Shown in pieces: positions 1 to 10,173 of a stretch of 64,000 bases of DNA (the stretch's first letter is position 1; the number at the start of each line of letters is the position of its first letter). The DNA is from Polyangiales bacterium (GTDB lineage Bacteria; Myxococcota_A; Polyangia; Polyangiales; Polyangiaceae), in NCBI GenBank assembly GCA_038230375.1, contig JBBRNJ010000004.1:1-64000 (forward strand), given 5' to 3'. The notes beneath the pieces are model-generated. The model saw only the letters and a program-made list of their open reading frames with translations. It made no database searches and was not told the origin of the DNA. A program made the position numbers and the translations under genes.

Positions 1-54
1 ACCTCGACCCCCACCTCGACCTCGACCTCGACCTCGACCTCGGCCTCGACCCTC
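1..54 (+). repeat. (ACCTCG)n hexamer array, cut by the window edge
   Basis: Nine units of ACCTCG and variants (ACCCCC, GCCTCG), ending 6 nt from the stop of the minus-strand gene at 61. Confidence 0.95.
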
Positions 55-60
55 TCCCCT

Positions 61-807
61 TCACTTCCCCAGCTTCGCTGGCTTCGGCGCTGGTTCGAGC
101 ACCTCCATCCGGCGGTAGGTGAGAATCCCGTTCTGCGGGTCCGTGACCATTCCGGTGCTCAGGCGCGTGAAGGCGAACGAGAACGTGCCCGTGACCTTGA
201 CCTTCGCGCCGATGGCGGGGAGCGGGTACGGTACCTCCACCTGGATCATCTCGTCGAGGAGTGGCTGCGCGGGCTTTCCCTTCGCGTAGAGCGCGTTCGC
301 GTCGAAGAGGATGGCGTAGTTCCGTGCCCAGCCCATCACCTTGATGCCGGTGGTCGCGTCCTTTGTGTCGCCGATGACGAACGTCGGGATCGGCGCGGTG
401 CAACCCTCGGGATCTGCCTTCCCCGTCTTGTGGATCGCGCATGTGGGCGCCGTCTTCATGTTCTCGTCGACGATGTACCCGACGATGCTGATCTCGTGGC
501 TCGAGACATCCGTCGCGGAGAAGCGGCTCCGCAGCGCGTGCGTGGCGCCGAAGACGGTCCATGCATCGCCGACCTTCGCGGGGCGCGGCGGGATGGTGGG
601 CACCTCGGGCAGTTCCGGCGCGGAACCCGAGGCCGGCGGCGCAGCGTGGTAGGGCTCATCAGCACCGCACGTGGCGGCCGCGGCGCCCGCATCAGGCTGC
701 GACGCGGATGGAATCGTCGCGGCCGCGACGGGCGCGGGTGCCGCGGGGCCGCACGCGCTGGCACATGCGAGGAGCAGGATGAGCAACACGTTCAGAAGCC
801 CACGCAT
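61..807 (-). CDS. Hypothetical lipoprotein (248 aa)
   Basis: C-terminal part of ORF 61..1587. Start moved to MRGLLNVLLILLLACASAC (signal peptide plus lipobox). Pro/Ala linker, then a globular domain. Confidence 0.8.
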   Translation of the reverse strand: MRGLLNVLLILLLACASACGPAAPAPVAAATIPSASQPDAGAAAATCGADEPYHAAPPASGSAPELPEVPTIPPRPAKVGDAWTVFGATHALRSRFSATDVSSHEISIVGYIVDENMKTAPTCAIHKTGKADPEGCTAPIPTFVIGDTKDATTGIKVMGWARNYAILFDANALYAKGKPAQPLLDEMIQVEVPYPLPAIGAKVKVTGTFSFAFTRLSTGMVTDPQNGILTYRRMEVLEPAPKPAKLGK

Positions 808-833
808 GGGAAAGTGACGATAGCATGAGTGGC

Positions 834-1760
834 ATGCGTGGCTCCCTGCCCCTTGTTCTGCCCTTCGTCGTGTTCGCGTCGATGGCGGGCCCCATGCCTG
901 CGCGCGCGGAGTGTCCACCAGCGCATCGCCGCGCCATCGAGCTCTCGAACGAGGGAGACGGGGAGCGCACCATGGACAACGACGCAGCGATCGCGAAGTA
1001 CGAGGAAGCGGTCCGTGTCGACCCCACGAACCATCGCATCTTCTACAAGCTGGCCCTCGCGCACATGAAGAAGGAGGAGTGGTCGGCAGTCGCGCAGGCC
1101 GCGGAGAGCGCCGCAAAGCTCGCACCCACGTTCGCGAGCTACTTCGCGATGGTCGGCATGGCGAAGAGCCATCTCGCCCAGAAGGGCAATGCGACCTGGG
1201 ACGAGGCGCGCGCCCCGCTCGAGCGCGCGCTGTCGCTGGACCCGTTGCTTGGTGACGCGCACTACGACCTTGCAGAGATCCTCCTTCGCCAGGGCGACGA
1301 ACGCGGCGCGCTGCTCCACTACTCGCAGGCTGTCGTTGCCCAACCGAGACAGTGGGTGCACTGGGTCGCGCTCGCAGACCTCTACATACGGCTCGGAAAG
1401 CTGGAGCACGCGGAGAAGACTCTTTCGCAGTCACTGCGCTTCGTGGACGGCGAGCACCGCTTCGAGCTCGAGACCCTCTACGCCGTCGCACTCTCGGAGA
1501 AGGGCGACACGGCGGGCGCGCTGACCCACTGCGAGTACGCGCTGCAGAGCTGCGGCCCATGCAACCAGCCCGGCCAGGCGATCGCATTCCTCAACCTCGG
1601 CGCTGCGTACGCTGCGGTGACACCGCCGCGCAAGTCGGAGGCCATCCAGAACCTCCAGAAGTTCCACAAGATGATCTGCAAGGGCGCGGCGAAGAGCCGC
1701 TACGAGGATCAGTGCGCGCAGGCGCAGCAGCTCGCGCAGCAGATCGGCGGGCTCTTTTGA
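834..1760 (+). CDS. Secreted tetratricopeptide repeat protein
   Basis: Signal peptide, then TPR-like helices (AIAKYEEAVRVDPTNHRIFYKLALAH; ALSLDPLLGDAHYDLAEIL). Alternative start at 825. Confidence 0.85.
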   Translation: MRGSLPLVLPFVVFASMAGPMPARAECPPAHRRAIELSNEGDGERTMDNDAAIAKYEEAVRVDPTNHRIFYKLALAHMKKEEWSAVAQAAESAAKLAPTFASYFAMVGMAKSHLAQKGNATWDEARAPLERALSLDPLLGDAHYDLAEILLRQGDERGALLHYSQAVVAQPRQWVHWVALADLYIRLGKLEHAEKTLSQSLRFVDGEHRFELETLYAVALSEKGDTAGALTHCEYALQSCGPCNQPGQAIAFLNLGAAYAAVTPPRKSEAIQNLQKFHKMICKGAAKSRYEDQCAQAQQLAQQIGGLF

Positions 1761-1774
1761 CGACGGCTCGCTCG

Positions 1775-3139
1775 ATGCTGCTCGCGCTCGTGGCAGCAGT
1801 GCTCTTCCTCTGCCTCTCCGCCCCCGACGTTGCCGCTGCAGAACCGGGCTCGGAGCTGACCGTGTCGGTGCTCACGTTCGGGCCCGGGGATCATCCGTTC
1901 TACAAGTTTGGCCACAACGCGATCTGGATCCACGACGACCGGCTCGGGCGCGACATGGTCTACAACTTTGGCACGTTCGACTTTCACTCGAAGACGCTCG
2001 TGAGCGACTTCTTGAAGGGGCGCCTCTCGTACTGGCTCTCGGTGCAGTCGCTGGAAGGGACGATCGCGCACTACCGCGCCGAGCACCGCAGCATCGACGC
2101 GCAGCAACTCGCGCTCACGCCAGAGCAGCGGCGCTTGCTTTCGCAGCGGCTCTCCGAGAACGCGCTGCCGCAGAACCGCGCATACCGTTACGACTACTAC
2201 AAGGACAACTGCTCCACACGCGTACGAGACGCGGTGGATGGCGTGCTCGACGGGCAGCTTCATGAGGCGTCGAAGGGCGCCGCGGCGTTGTCGTTCCGTG
2301 GGCACACAACGCGGCTGACCGCGGACGACGCGACCCTTGCGCTGGCGCTGGACGCAGCGATGGGCGACGTGATCGATCAGCCGATCACGCAGTGGGAGGA
2401 GATGTTCCTTCCGTCGAAGCTCCATGACGGGCTAACGAACGTGACCTTGCATCGCGCCGAAGGAGACGTGCCGCTCGTGGCGAAGGAGATCCCGCTGCTC
2501 ACCGCGGACAGACCGCCGCTGCGCTCGGAGCCTCCGCGATGGCACCTACCGCTGGCGCTGATCGGCATCACGATCGGGGGAATGCTGGCGTGGTTGGGCC
2601 GCGTCGCACCGAAGAGGCGAGCGGCGCGTGTGGGCTACGGTCTGCTGCTCATCGCGTTCGCGCTGCCCGCGGGCGTGCTCGGAGCGATCTTCGCGTTCTT
2701 CTGGTTCGGGACGGACCACCTGGTCGCGCACCACAACGAGAACCTCCTGCAATGCTCGCCGCTCGGGCTCGTGCTCGTGGTGCTTGCGATCGGCGTGATG
2801 TGGGGACGACCCGGCGCGATGGAGAAGACGCGGAAGGTGCTGATCGTGATCGCCGGCGGAGCCGCGCTGGGGCTCGTGCTCAAGGTGCTGCCGTGGTTCG
2901 ATCAGGTGAACGGGCAGATCATCGCGCTGATGCTGCCCGCATGGGCGGGAGCGGCAACGGGAGCCAGGTGGATGACAGCGGGCGTGGCGGCGACAACGAC
3001 TTCGACGACGACAACGACCCCGACTTCGACCTCGACCCCGACTTCGACCTCGACCTCGACCTCGACCCCGACCTCCACCTCGACCTCGACACCGACCTCG
3101 ACCGAGGCCGCGATATCGACTGGCGAGGAGGCTGGCTAG
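1775..3139 (+). CDS. DUF4105-domain membrane protein (Lnb-like lipoprotein N-acyltransferase family)
   Basis: Motifs LTFGPG, FGHNAIWI, YNFGTFDF and YRYDYYKDNCSTRVRD, followed by about 5 C-terminal TM helices and a Thr/Ser tail. Confidence 0.8.
   Translation: MLLALVAAVLFLCLSAPDVAAAEPGSELTVSVLTFGPGDHPFYKFGHNAIWIHDDRLGRDMVYNFGTFDFHSKTLVSDFLKGRLSYWLSVQSLEGTIAHYRAEHRSIDAQQLALTPEQRRLLSQRLSENALPQNRAYRYDYYKDNCSTRVRDAVDGVLDGQLHEASKGAAALSFRGHTTRLTADDATLALALDAAMGDVIDQPITQWEEMFLPSKLHDGLTNVTLHRAEGDVPLVAKEIPLLTADRPPLRSEPPRWHLPLALIGITIGGMLAWLGRVAPKRRAARVGYGLLLIAFALPAGVLGAIFAFFWFGTDHLVAHHNENLLQCSPLGLVLVVLAIGVMWGRPGAMEKTRKVLIVIAGGAALGLVLKVLPWFDQVNGQIIALMLPAWAGAATGARWMTAGVAATTTSTTTTTPTSTSTPTSTSTSTSTPTSTSTSTPTSTEAAISTGEEAG
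2993..3103 (+). repeat. ACCTCG-family hexamer array encoding a Thr-Ser/Thr-Pro tail
   Basis: ACCTCG/ACCCCG/ACTTCG units, in frame at the 3' end of the DUF4105 gene. Confidence 0.9.
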
Positions 3140-5118
3140 AAGCCTTCTTCCAGTCTCTCGATGTCTTGCTTGAGATCGTATTCCTTGCGTGCGGGAGCTG
3201 GTGAAGGGGCGCCGGGTTGGGCTGCTCCGGCGGCGGAGGGTCTGGCTGCCTGGCGCTTCATCTCGACCACCAGTGTCGGTGGGTATTCGATCGTGTACTG
3301 GATCTCGAACTTCTGCTTCTCCTTCGGCTTCATGGTCAGCGGCCAGCGCAGGATTCCTTTGGAGTCTGGCTTCACGTCGGGGCTGATCTTGACGCCGGTG
3401 ATCACGATGTCCCTGTCCTCGGAGACCGGAACGCGATCGGCGAGCTGCAGCGGCATCACCTTGTTCGAGAGGTTCTCGACCGTGACAACGAACGTGAGCT
3501 GCATCTGCGTGTGCTGCTTCTTGATCAGCGCGCTGTGCTTCTTGTCCAGCACACGGGAGATCTTGAGCTGATCGGCCACGCTCAGGAACAGCGCGAACTG
3601 CTCGCCGTCCGCGACGAAGTCGACGTTGGTCATGCCGAGAAACGCGCCCGCCTGGTACATGGCGACGTTGCCGGGCAGGAGCGACTGACCGCTGTCGTTC
3701 ATCATCTCCAGCGTCTGTGCTGCGTTGAGTGACTGTTCTGGCGCCGCAACGATGACCTTCTTGGTCTTCAGCTTGGCATGACCGATCGGCACGCGCACGG
3801 CGCGACCGTCCGCCCTCACCCGCGTCGTGCCCGTCGCCTTGAACTGCGTGGTGGTCCCGCGCTGCTGCAGGCTCTGGAAGATCTGGACCGTCTTGCTCTG
3901 CGTGACCTGCAGCGATTCGAAGTTCGCCTGGTAGCTCTCCTCGAAGTTGCTCGTCGAGTCGCTGCTCTGCACGCGCTTGTTCCACAGGTGGTTCTGGCCC
4001 TTGAACGCGGCCTCGGCGCGGCGGAAAGACGCCGAGTGTGACTCGACCGTCTGCGTGGCGGCGCGCGGGGTGCCGAGCGTCAGCGCCTCCAGCTCTGGAA
4101 TGCGAACGGCCGCGACGGACGACTGCGTCGAGAACGTGAGCTCGGCGTTGTCCCAGTCGTCACCGCTCGCCTGACTGACCACGGCGTAGGACGTGACGTC
4201 CACCGAGGTGGGATCCGCGTCGGAGGTGCGGACCTCGTGCGTGCTCTCCCACGTGGCGCCGGGAAGCATGTACGTGAGCTCGAGCTGCGCGTCGGCTGCG
4301 GCCGTGCCCTGCACGGTGACGAGGACCTTGGTCTCCTCGAGCTGCGTGAGCCCGCGCAGCTCTTCGAGGCGCTTGTTGTTGGCCTCGACCGCGGGCACGA
4401 GCTTCTCGCGCTCGGCCTGGACCGCGCGACGCCCCTTCGCGATCTCGCGAAGCTCCTTGGCGATGAACTCCACCACCCCGGCGTAGGTCTCGACGCCTAC
4501 GCTGCCGCTGCCCGTGCCGTTGCCAGATGGGTTGGCGCCGCCGCCACGGGCACCACCCGCCGCGATCTCCTTGTTGAGTCTGTCGAGCGAGAACGCCTTG
4601 ATGTCCTCCACCTGCTTGGCCTTCGCATCGAGCACCTTGAGCTCGTCGTCGAGCGCGAGGAGTCGGCCCGTGAGCTCGCGGGCGTCCGCCTCTGCCTTCA
4701 CGACGCGCGGCTCCGTTGCGCGCGCGAGGTATCCGCGCACCACGCGCACGTCCATGATGTTGCCAGCGGAGGTCGCCGCGCGCACCGAGCCCTCGTCGAC
4801 CCAGCCCGGCAGCTGACGGAACGCGTACACCGTGGTGGCCGTGCCAACCTTGACTGCTCCCTGGCGCGATACGAGCGCGCGGTCCGAATAGACCGTGACC
4901 TTCTTGATGGTGGACGCGACCGGTACGGAGTTCGGATCATCCACGTTGGAGACCACATTCGGGCCTGTGCCCACGCCCGGCCCGACGCTCGTGTTCCTGG
5001 GGATGCCCGAGGATGGCGGCGGTGACGCGGTCGTTGTGGGAGCACAACCTGTCGTCATGGAGAGCCACGCGCCGAGGCCGAGCAGGCAGAGGTGCCGGAG
5101 TCCTGGTGTCTTGAGCAT
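3136..5118 (-). CDS. DUF4140/DUF4139 (MuiA-like) lipoprotein
   Basis: Lipobox MTTGC; IKKVTVYSDRALVSR; coiled coil; AVVSQASGDDWDNAELTFST; LADRVPVSED; GILRWPLTMKP. Confidence 0.85.
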   Translation of the reverse strand: MLKTPGLRHLCLLGLGAWLSMTTGCAPTTTASPPPSSGIPRNTSVGPGVGTGPNVVSNVDDPNSVPVASTIKKVTVYSDRALVSRQGAVKVGTATTVYAFRQLPGWVDEGSVRAATSAGNIMDVRVVRGYLARATEPRVVKAEADARELTGRLLALDDELKVLDAKAKQVEDIKAFSLDRLNKEIAAGGARGGGANPSGNGTGSGSVGVETYAGVVEFIAKELREIAKGRRAVQAEREKLVPAVEANNKRLEELRGLTQLEETKVLVTVQGTAAADAQLELTYMLPGATWESTHEVRTSDADPTSVDVTSYAVVSQASGDDWDNAELTFSTQSSVAAVRIPELEALTLGTPRAATQTVESHSASFRRAEAAFKGQNHLWNKRVQSSDSTSNFEESYQANFESLQVTQSKTVQIFQSLQQRGTTTQFKATGTTRVRADGRAVRVPIGHAKLKTKKVIVAAPEQSLNAAQTLEMMNDSGQSLLPGNVAMYQAGAFLGMTNVDFVADGEQFALFLSVADQLKISRVLDKKHSALIKKQHTQMQLTFVVTVENLSNKVMPLQLADRVPVSEDRDIVITGVKISPDVKPDSKGILRWPLTMKPKEKQKFEIQYTIEYPPTLVVEMKRQAARPSAAGAAQPGAPSPAPARKEYDLKQDIERLEEGF

Positions 5119-5175
5119 CGGTGCGATGATACGGGCGAACGGACGCTACGATCTACATCAGCCCAAAAAACCGGC

Positions 5176-8100
5176 TCACCCCCGCAGGGACTCCAGGTCC
5201 CGCAGCAGCTCACTGAAGTCGATCGGCGAGAGATCACCGAGCGGCAGCGACTCGTTCTGGCCGTACCAGACGCTCTCGCCCTTCGTGATGCGCACGACCC
5301 CGAGCTTCTGCTCCGGCGCCTCGCTGATCATGCCGGTGAAGATCCCTGGCTCCAGATCCAGGCTCGCGAGCCTCTCCCCGGAGAGCGCCTTCTCGTACCA
5401 ACACACGACGCCTCCGTCTTGCGCTGGGCCGCGCCGCCATCCGCGGTTGTCCAGCCCGAGCACCTTGCCCGTGGGCACGGTGAGGCCGACCACGCGTTCG
5501 AGCTTCTGTCCGCCCTTCTCTGCGGGCGTGGGGACGGCGGTCTCGCGCGACAGCTGCACGAACGGCTGTAGCACCTCGTAGTCGGCAAAGATCTGGCCCC
5601 ACGCAGCGGCGGTCGCGTCGTCCATGTCGAGTCGGTGCACCAGGCCGACGTCAGCGCCGTCCTCAAGGTCGAAGGCGTTGTCCTTTGCGTCCGCGAAGCT
5701 GCGATCCTCGGCAACGCGGAACGTGGATGTCAGCTTGCCGCCACTGTCGTAGACACCCCACAGCAGACGGCGCACGACGTGAACGAGCAGCGGGTGCCCC
5801 GAAAGAAAGCGGCGAAACACGTCGCTCGGCCAGCGACGCTGCGCGCACATCGCGATCTCCAGGCGCAGGATCTGTCCGCTCGCGATGGTCTTCGCGTCCT
5901 TCTTCAAGGCCTTCCACGTGTCGGTCGCCTGCTTGGATTTCTCCGCGTCGTCGGTCTGCTTTGGCTTGGGAAGATCGGGCAGCCGCTTGCCATCGCCATC
6001 CATGAGCGCGGGCTTCAGCGACTCGTCGAAGACGACGCGGAAGCTCCGTGGTCCGAAATCAAGGACCAACGTGCCGTCCTCTTCCAGACCCAGGTCGGGC
6101 ACGAGCCTGTCGGCGAGCTCTGCGGTGGTGAGGCCGCGCACGTCTGCGATCTGGTCGATCTTCTCTCGCGCTTTCTCCTGAAGGCCCTTGAATTTCAGCT
6201 TCTGCGCGATCCCGTGCAGATGCATCAACGCGACGTCGCTTCCGATCCGCGCGAGCACGTCCAGCCCCAGCACCGCGCGCGCGTGCGCCGCTTCGCCGGG
6301 CCACGCGCGGACCAGCGGCGTGAGCCTTCGCGCGCATTCGTCGTCGCCCAGGAAGCCCAGCGCAACGAACGCCCACTGCTCCTTCGAGGCAGCGCCGGAG
6401 ACCAGCCATGCCTGGAAGAGATCCCACGCGAACTCGCCGAGCGAGGCCGGATCGCAGGCCTCCGTGACGAGAGGGATGCCAGCATAGAGATCATCGGGGC
6501 TCGTGAACGCGAGCATGGTGCCGAGCACCTCGATCGCGGAGAGCGGCAGCGCCTTCTTGCGATCCCTGAGGAGCGGCCGCGTGAACGCACCCGCATTCCA
6601 GAACGCGGGGAGCTTGGGCAGCTTCGCTGGAAATGTGAGGAGCGGGTCGAAGTCGAGCACCGCGCGCGTGCCGTTCTCCGCTTCGGCGCCGTAGCGCTTC
6701 GCGACGTCCTCGATGACGGCGCGCGCTCCCCGCTGCGAGAGGAGTCGAAGCGCGACCTCGGCCGAGGTCCGCGTCTTCCCCGGTTGACCGAGTGCGAGCG
6801 GGATCAATCCCGCCGCTGCGGCTTCTGGAAATGCGAGCAACCACTCCAGCGCGGTGGGCCGGGCCTTCTTGAGGCGCGCGTAGGCGTCAGCCATGAGCGG
6901 CGCAACGCGCGGTGAGCGCACGCGCACGAGCGCCTCCACGGCGCCCACCGTCTCCACCTCCGAGGCGCGCAGCGCAAAGTCGAGCACGTCGAGCCCGTGC
7001 CTGGCGATCAGGGTGCCAATGACGTCGTAGTAGGACCAGTTGAAGCGCGAGAGCTCGATGGTGTCGGGTAGCGCGAGGAAATCGGCCTTCGGCAGATACG
7101 TGAAGACGACTGCATTCTGCATGTTCCAGGAGCGCTCGTTCGGGCCTGCCGTGGTGGCGCTCTGTCCGTGGATGATCGCGAGGTTCTCTGCGACCCTCTC
7201 CGGACGTTCGGCAAGCCAGGTCGGCCCGCTCCTGCGCTTCGCTTCCTCACCAGGCTTCCACGCGATCTCCTCTGCCAAGGGCAGTGGTGACAGCTTCACG
7301 ACGACGGGCGGAGCGACCTTCACCTTGGTTGTCCACGGCGGCGTCCGCAGCACGGGCGGCAGCTCATCAGCCGTTGCCTCTTCGCGCGGCTTGCTCTGCT
7401 CGGTGAGTTGCGTCAGCAGCTCCGCCGCCGCGGGCGAGACCCGCGCCTTCACGGCGTCTACGCGCTCCTTCGCCCCCGCCACGACCGGCTTCAGCACCGC
7501 CATCGCAAGGTCCGCGACCGTTCCCTTTCCTGCAGCTGCCTGTGCCAGAGGAGCGAGCGACACCTCGGGGTGAGACTGCAGGTACCCGGCCGCGATCGCG
7601 CGGAGCTCCTTCGTTGCGAGGTACGTCATGAAGAAGGCCGCGACGTCGTCGCTCACGACGAACGCGATGGCCTCTGCGATGGAGCGCAGACGTTCCACGC
7701 CGGAGATCGACGCCTGCGTGACGATGTCCATCATCATCTTTGCCGCGCGACCGCCGTAGCGAGCAAGGAGGTCGAAGCGCAGGTCGTCGATCGCCGCGGC
7801 GAGGTACCAGACGTGCGGCGTCTTCGCGTGTGCGAGCAACGCGTCGAGTGCCTCCATCGAAGGGACGCTCACCAGCAGCGGCCAGAACCAGGCAGGCACG
7901 TCGGGCCCCGTGGGCATCGCAGCGACGTCGGCGTCGCACCATTCGGTTCGCTCGAATGCTGCGGCGAGCGTCGCGCGGAGCTTCGGTGTCACGTCCTTCT
8001 GGAGCGCGTCGGCTTCGACGAGCAGCGCCGCCTTCACTGCGCCCGTAGCGATCGCCGCCACCACGCGCATGCTGCGCCAGCCGAGCGAATCCCGTGTCCG

Positions 8101-8937
8101 CCACCACGCGTTCTCTGTGGGCGCCGTGTCGAGCAGCGCGATCATGGCATCCGAGCCTTCCGTGATGAGCTCAGAAGAGCGAACGAACGCGCGAAGCGCA
8201 AAGCTCGGGCCCTCCTTCGCGAGCCAGAAGCCGATGAAGTCGTCCGTGCGCGGATGGTCCGTCCACAGGAGCCTCGGCACGACCAGCGCGCAAGCCGCCG
8301 CCTGCGACTCGATCTCCAGACTCTCGGGCGCCGCCGCGCCGGAAAAAGCCGCCCGCGCCGCCGCCATGACCGCCTTCACCGCATGCGGCCGCGCAGCCCC
8401 AGCGTCCAGCATCGCAGACGCCGCCTGCATGGTCTTCGCGAGCCGACCATAGAGGGCCTTCGCATCGGGCACCCGAGCAACAAACTCCGCCGAGCCAAGA
8501 ACGGGAGCCACAGAGCGCAACGCAGAGTCCGTCCAGGCAATCGCCGAGGTCGAGGTCGAAGTCGAGGTCAAGGTCGGGGTCGAGGTCGGGGTCGAAGTCG
8601 AGGTCGAGGTCTTTGTCGTGGTCTTTGTCGGCGTCGAAGTCGGGGTCGAAGTCGAGGTCGAGGTCGAGGTCGGGGTCGGGGTCGCGGTCTTTGTCGTTGT
8701 CGTGGTCGGCGTCGAAGTCGCGGTCGTTGTCGCCGTCGTCTCCCCGTATCCCTTCTTCACCTTCTCCTTGATCAGCTTGTCGACCTCCGCTTGCGCCGCC
8801 GCTGCCGAGGCAAACCCCTTGGTCTGCGTCTGCCCGTTCGTGCCGATCCGGCCGAACGTGACGGTCATCTCCGCGTCGCTGCGGTCGACCTGCCAGAACT
8901 TGTTGCTCGTACCGTCGCTCAGCTCGAACCTTCGCAT
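5176..8937 (-). CDS. WGR and DUF4132 domain protein (MolR/YehH-like)
   Basis: N-terminal WGR domain (SNKFWQV...FGRIGTNGQTQTK). C-terminal LADRLVPDLGL...LDFGPRSF...HPLL...RRLLWG...FADYEVLQPFVQL. Confidence 0.9.
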   Translation of the reverse strand: MRRFELSDGTSNKFWQVDRSDAEMTVTFGRIGTNGQTQTKGFASAAAAQAEVDKLIKEKVKKGYGETTATTTATSTPTTTTTKTATPTPTSTSTSTSTPTSTPTKTTTKTSTSTSTPTSTPTLTSTSTSTSAIAWTDSALRSVAPVLGSAEFVARVPDAKALYGRLAKTMQAASAMLDAGAARPHAVKAVMAAARAAFSGAAAPESLEIESQAAACALVVPRLLWTDHPRTDDFIGFWLAKEGPSFALRAFVRSSELITEGSDAMIALLDTAPTENAWWRTRDSLGWRSMRVVAAIATGAVKAALLVEADALQKDVTPKLRATLAAAFERTEWCDADVAAMPTGPDVPAWFWPLLVSVPSMEALDALLAHAKTPHVWYLAAAIDDLRFDLLARYGGRAAKMMMDIVTQASISGVERLRSIAEAIAFVVSDDVAAFFMTYLATKELRAIAAGYLQSHPEVSLAPLAQAAAGKGTVADLAMAVLKPVVAGAKERVDAVKARVSPAAAELLTQLTEQSKPREEATADELPPVLRTPPWTTKVKVAPPVVVKLSPLPLAEEIAWKPGEEAKRRSGPTWLAERPERVAENLAIIHGQSATTAGPNERSWNMQNAVVFTYLPKADFLALPDTIELSRFNWSYYDVIGTLIARHGLDVLDFALRASEVETVGAVEALVRVRSPRVAPLMADAYARLKKARPTALEWLLAFPEAAAAGLIPLALGQPGKTRTSAEVALRLLSQRGARAVIEDVAKRYGAEAENGTRAVLDFDPLLTFPAKLPKLPAFWNAGAFTRPLLRDRKKALPLSAIEVLGTMLAFTSPDDLYAGIPLVTEACDPASLGEFAWDLFQAWLVSGAASKEQWAFVALGFLGDDECARRLTPLVRAWPGEAAHARAVLGLDVLARIGSDVALMHLHGIAQKLKFKGLQEKAREKIDQIADVRGLTTAELADRLVPDLGLEEDGTLVLDFGPRSFRVVFDESLKPALMDGDGKRLPDLPKPKQTDDAEKSKQATDTWKALKKDAKTIASGQILRLEIAMCAQRRWPSDVFRRFLSGHPLLVHVVRRLLWGVYDSGGKLTSTFRVAEDRSFADAKDNAFDLEDGADVGLVHRLDMDDATAAAWGQIFADYEVLQPFVQLSRETAVPTPAEKGGQKLERVVGLTVPTGKVLGLDNRGWRRGPAQDGGVVCWYEKALSGERLASLDLEPGIFTGMISEAPEQKLGVVRITKGESVWYGQNESLPLGDLSPIDFSELLRDLESLRG
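8545..8739 (-). repeat. ACCTCG-family hexamer array encoding a Thr-rich linker
   Basis: Appears as CGAGGT/CGGGGT/CGAAGT on the + strand. In frame just after the WGR domain. Confidence 0.9.
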
Positions 8938-9015
8938 GGGAGCGCAGGATATCGACGCTTGTGAGCTTCATCCAGTGGCGCGGACGAAAGCCCGGGTGGC
9001 GCGCTCCGCCGGACC

Positions 9016-10143
9016 TCAGAGCGCGGCGGCGTGGACGAATGAACGTGCGACGGGAAGGGCCGTCCCCGCTGTCCATGCGCCCAGCGCACCGTCCGCGGCA
9101 ATGCTTGCATAGTACACATGATCCGTGACGCCGTTTGCGTCCCTGCCGCCCAGCACGTAAAGGGTCGAGCCGATGACGATGGTCTCCACTTCGGTCAGAG
9201 CAGCAGGCAGCGCGGGAGCGGCCGTCCAGGGACCCACGCTTCCCGGAGACACATCGGCGAAGAGCGGCGGTCCGGCAGCGTAGCCAGGCAGGTAGTAGAT
9301 CCGGGAGCCGAAGCTCACAAGCTTGCCGAACGAGTCGGCGCGCGGGAGCGCGGTCGTCGCCATCCACGGGCCGAGCGATCCGTCCGCGGCTTGCGAAGCG
9401 ACCAGTACGGTTGCGGTTGAGGCCATCGTGCTCGGCGTCGTGCCCGCCACGACGACGACCTGTCCCATGACTGCCGCTGCGGGCGCTCCGGCGAGCTTTG
9501 CCGGAAGGGGGGTCGTGGTCTGCCAGGCCGTGAGCGTGCCGTCGCTTCCCACGCCAGCGACTTCGACGCTCGACAGGTCGCCATCGACGTAGTTCACACC
9601 GCCGAACGCAAACACGAACCCGTTGGCGTACGTCGCCGACTCGCGCCAGCGTGCCACCGCCAGAGGTGTCTGGGGCGTCCACGACAGCCCCGCCGCGCCC
9701 AGCGTGGGAAGGAAGGCGGTCTTCGACGGACTGTCCGAGTCATCGTTACCTCCGATGAAGTAGGACCGTCCCGGCCCCCGCGCGACGTCACCGCGTGCGC
9801 AGTGGTGCGGAAGCGGTGTCACGGATTGCCATGCCGACAGCGAGCCGTCCGCATTGATCACGGAGGTCCACGCGTCGCTGATGAACGTTCCCATGCTGGT
9901 GTATCCGCCCGCCACCAGCAGCGTCGTTCCCGAAGAGCCGCCATCGCCAGAAGTCGGTGAGCCGTCGCTCGCGATCACCACGCCTGCGTCGGTGGCCTGC
10001 GCATCCGCCGCGGGAGCCGCGCCGTCGAGCGGCCCGCTGCTGGTCGTCAGCTCGCTGAAGGACGTGAGCAGCGAACAACCGCTGAGCGTGATCGTCACAC
10101 AGGTCCCAAGCCCCCGCACCCGCATTAGAGAAGCATATCTCAT
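9016..10143 (-). CDS. Kelch-repeat beta-propeller lipoprotein
   Basis: Lipobox LSGC. Repeats of GG...DGSL..W...T.LP..R. Confidence 0.8.
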   Translation of the reverse strand: MRYASLMRVRGLGTCVTITLSGCSLLTSFSELTTSSGPLDGAAPAADAQATDAGVVIASDGSPTSGDGGSSGTTLLVAGGYTSMGTFISDAWTSVINADGSLSAWQSVTPLPHHCARGDVARGPGRSYFIGGNDDSDSPSKTAFLPTLGAAGLSWTPQTPLAVARWRESATYANGFVFAFGGVNYVDGDLSSVEVAGVGSDGTLTAWQTTTPLPAKLAGAPAAAVMGQVVVVAGTTPSTMASTATVLVASQAADGSLGPWMATTALPRADSFGKLVSFGSRIYYLPGYAAGPPLFADVSPGSVGPWTAAPALPAALTEVETIVIGSTLYVLGGRDANGVTDHVYYASIAADGALGAWTAGTALPVARSFVHAAAL

Positions 10144-10173
10144 CGCACGTGCATTCGGCTTGGACCTGGACCT

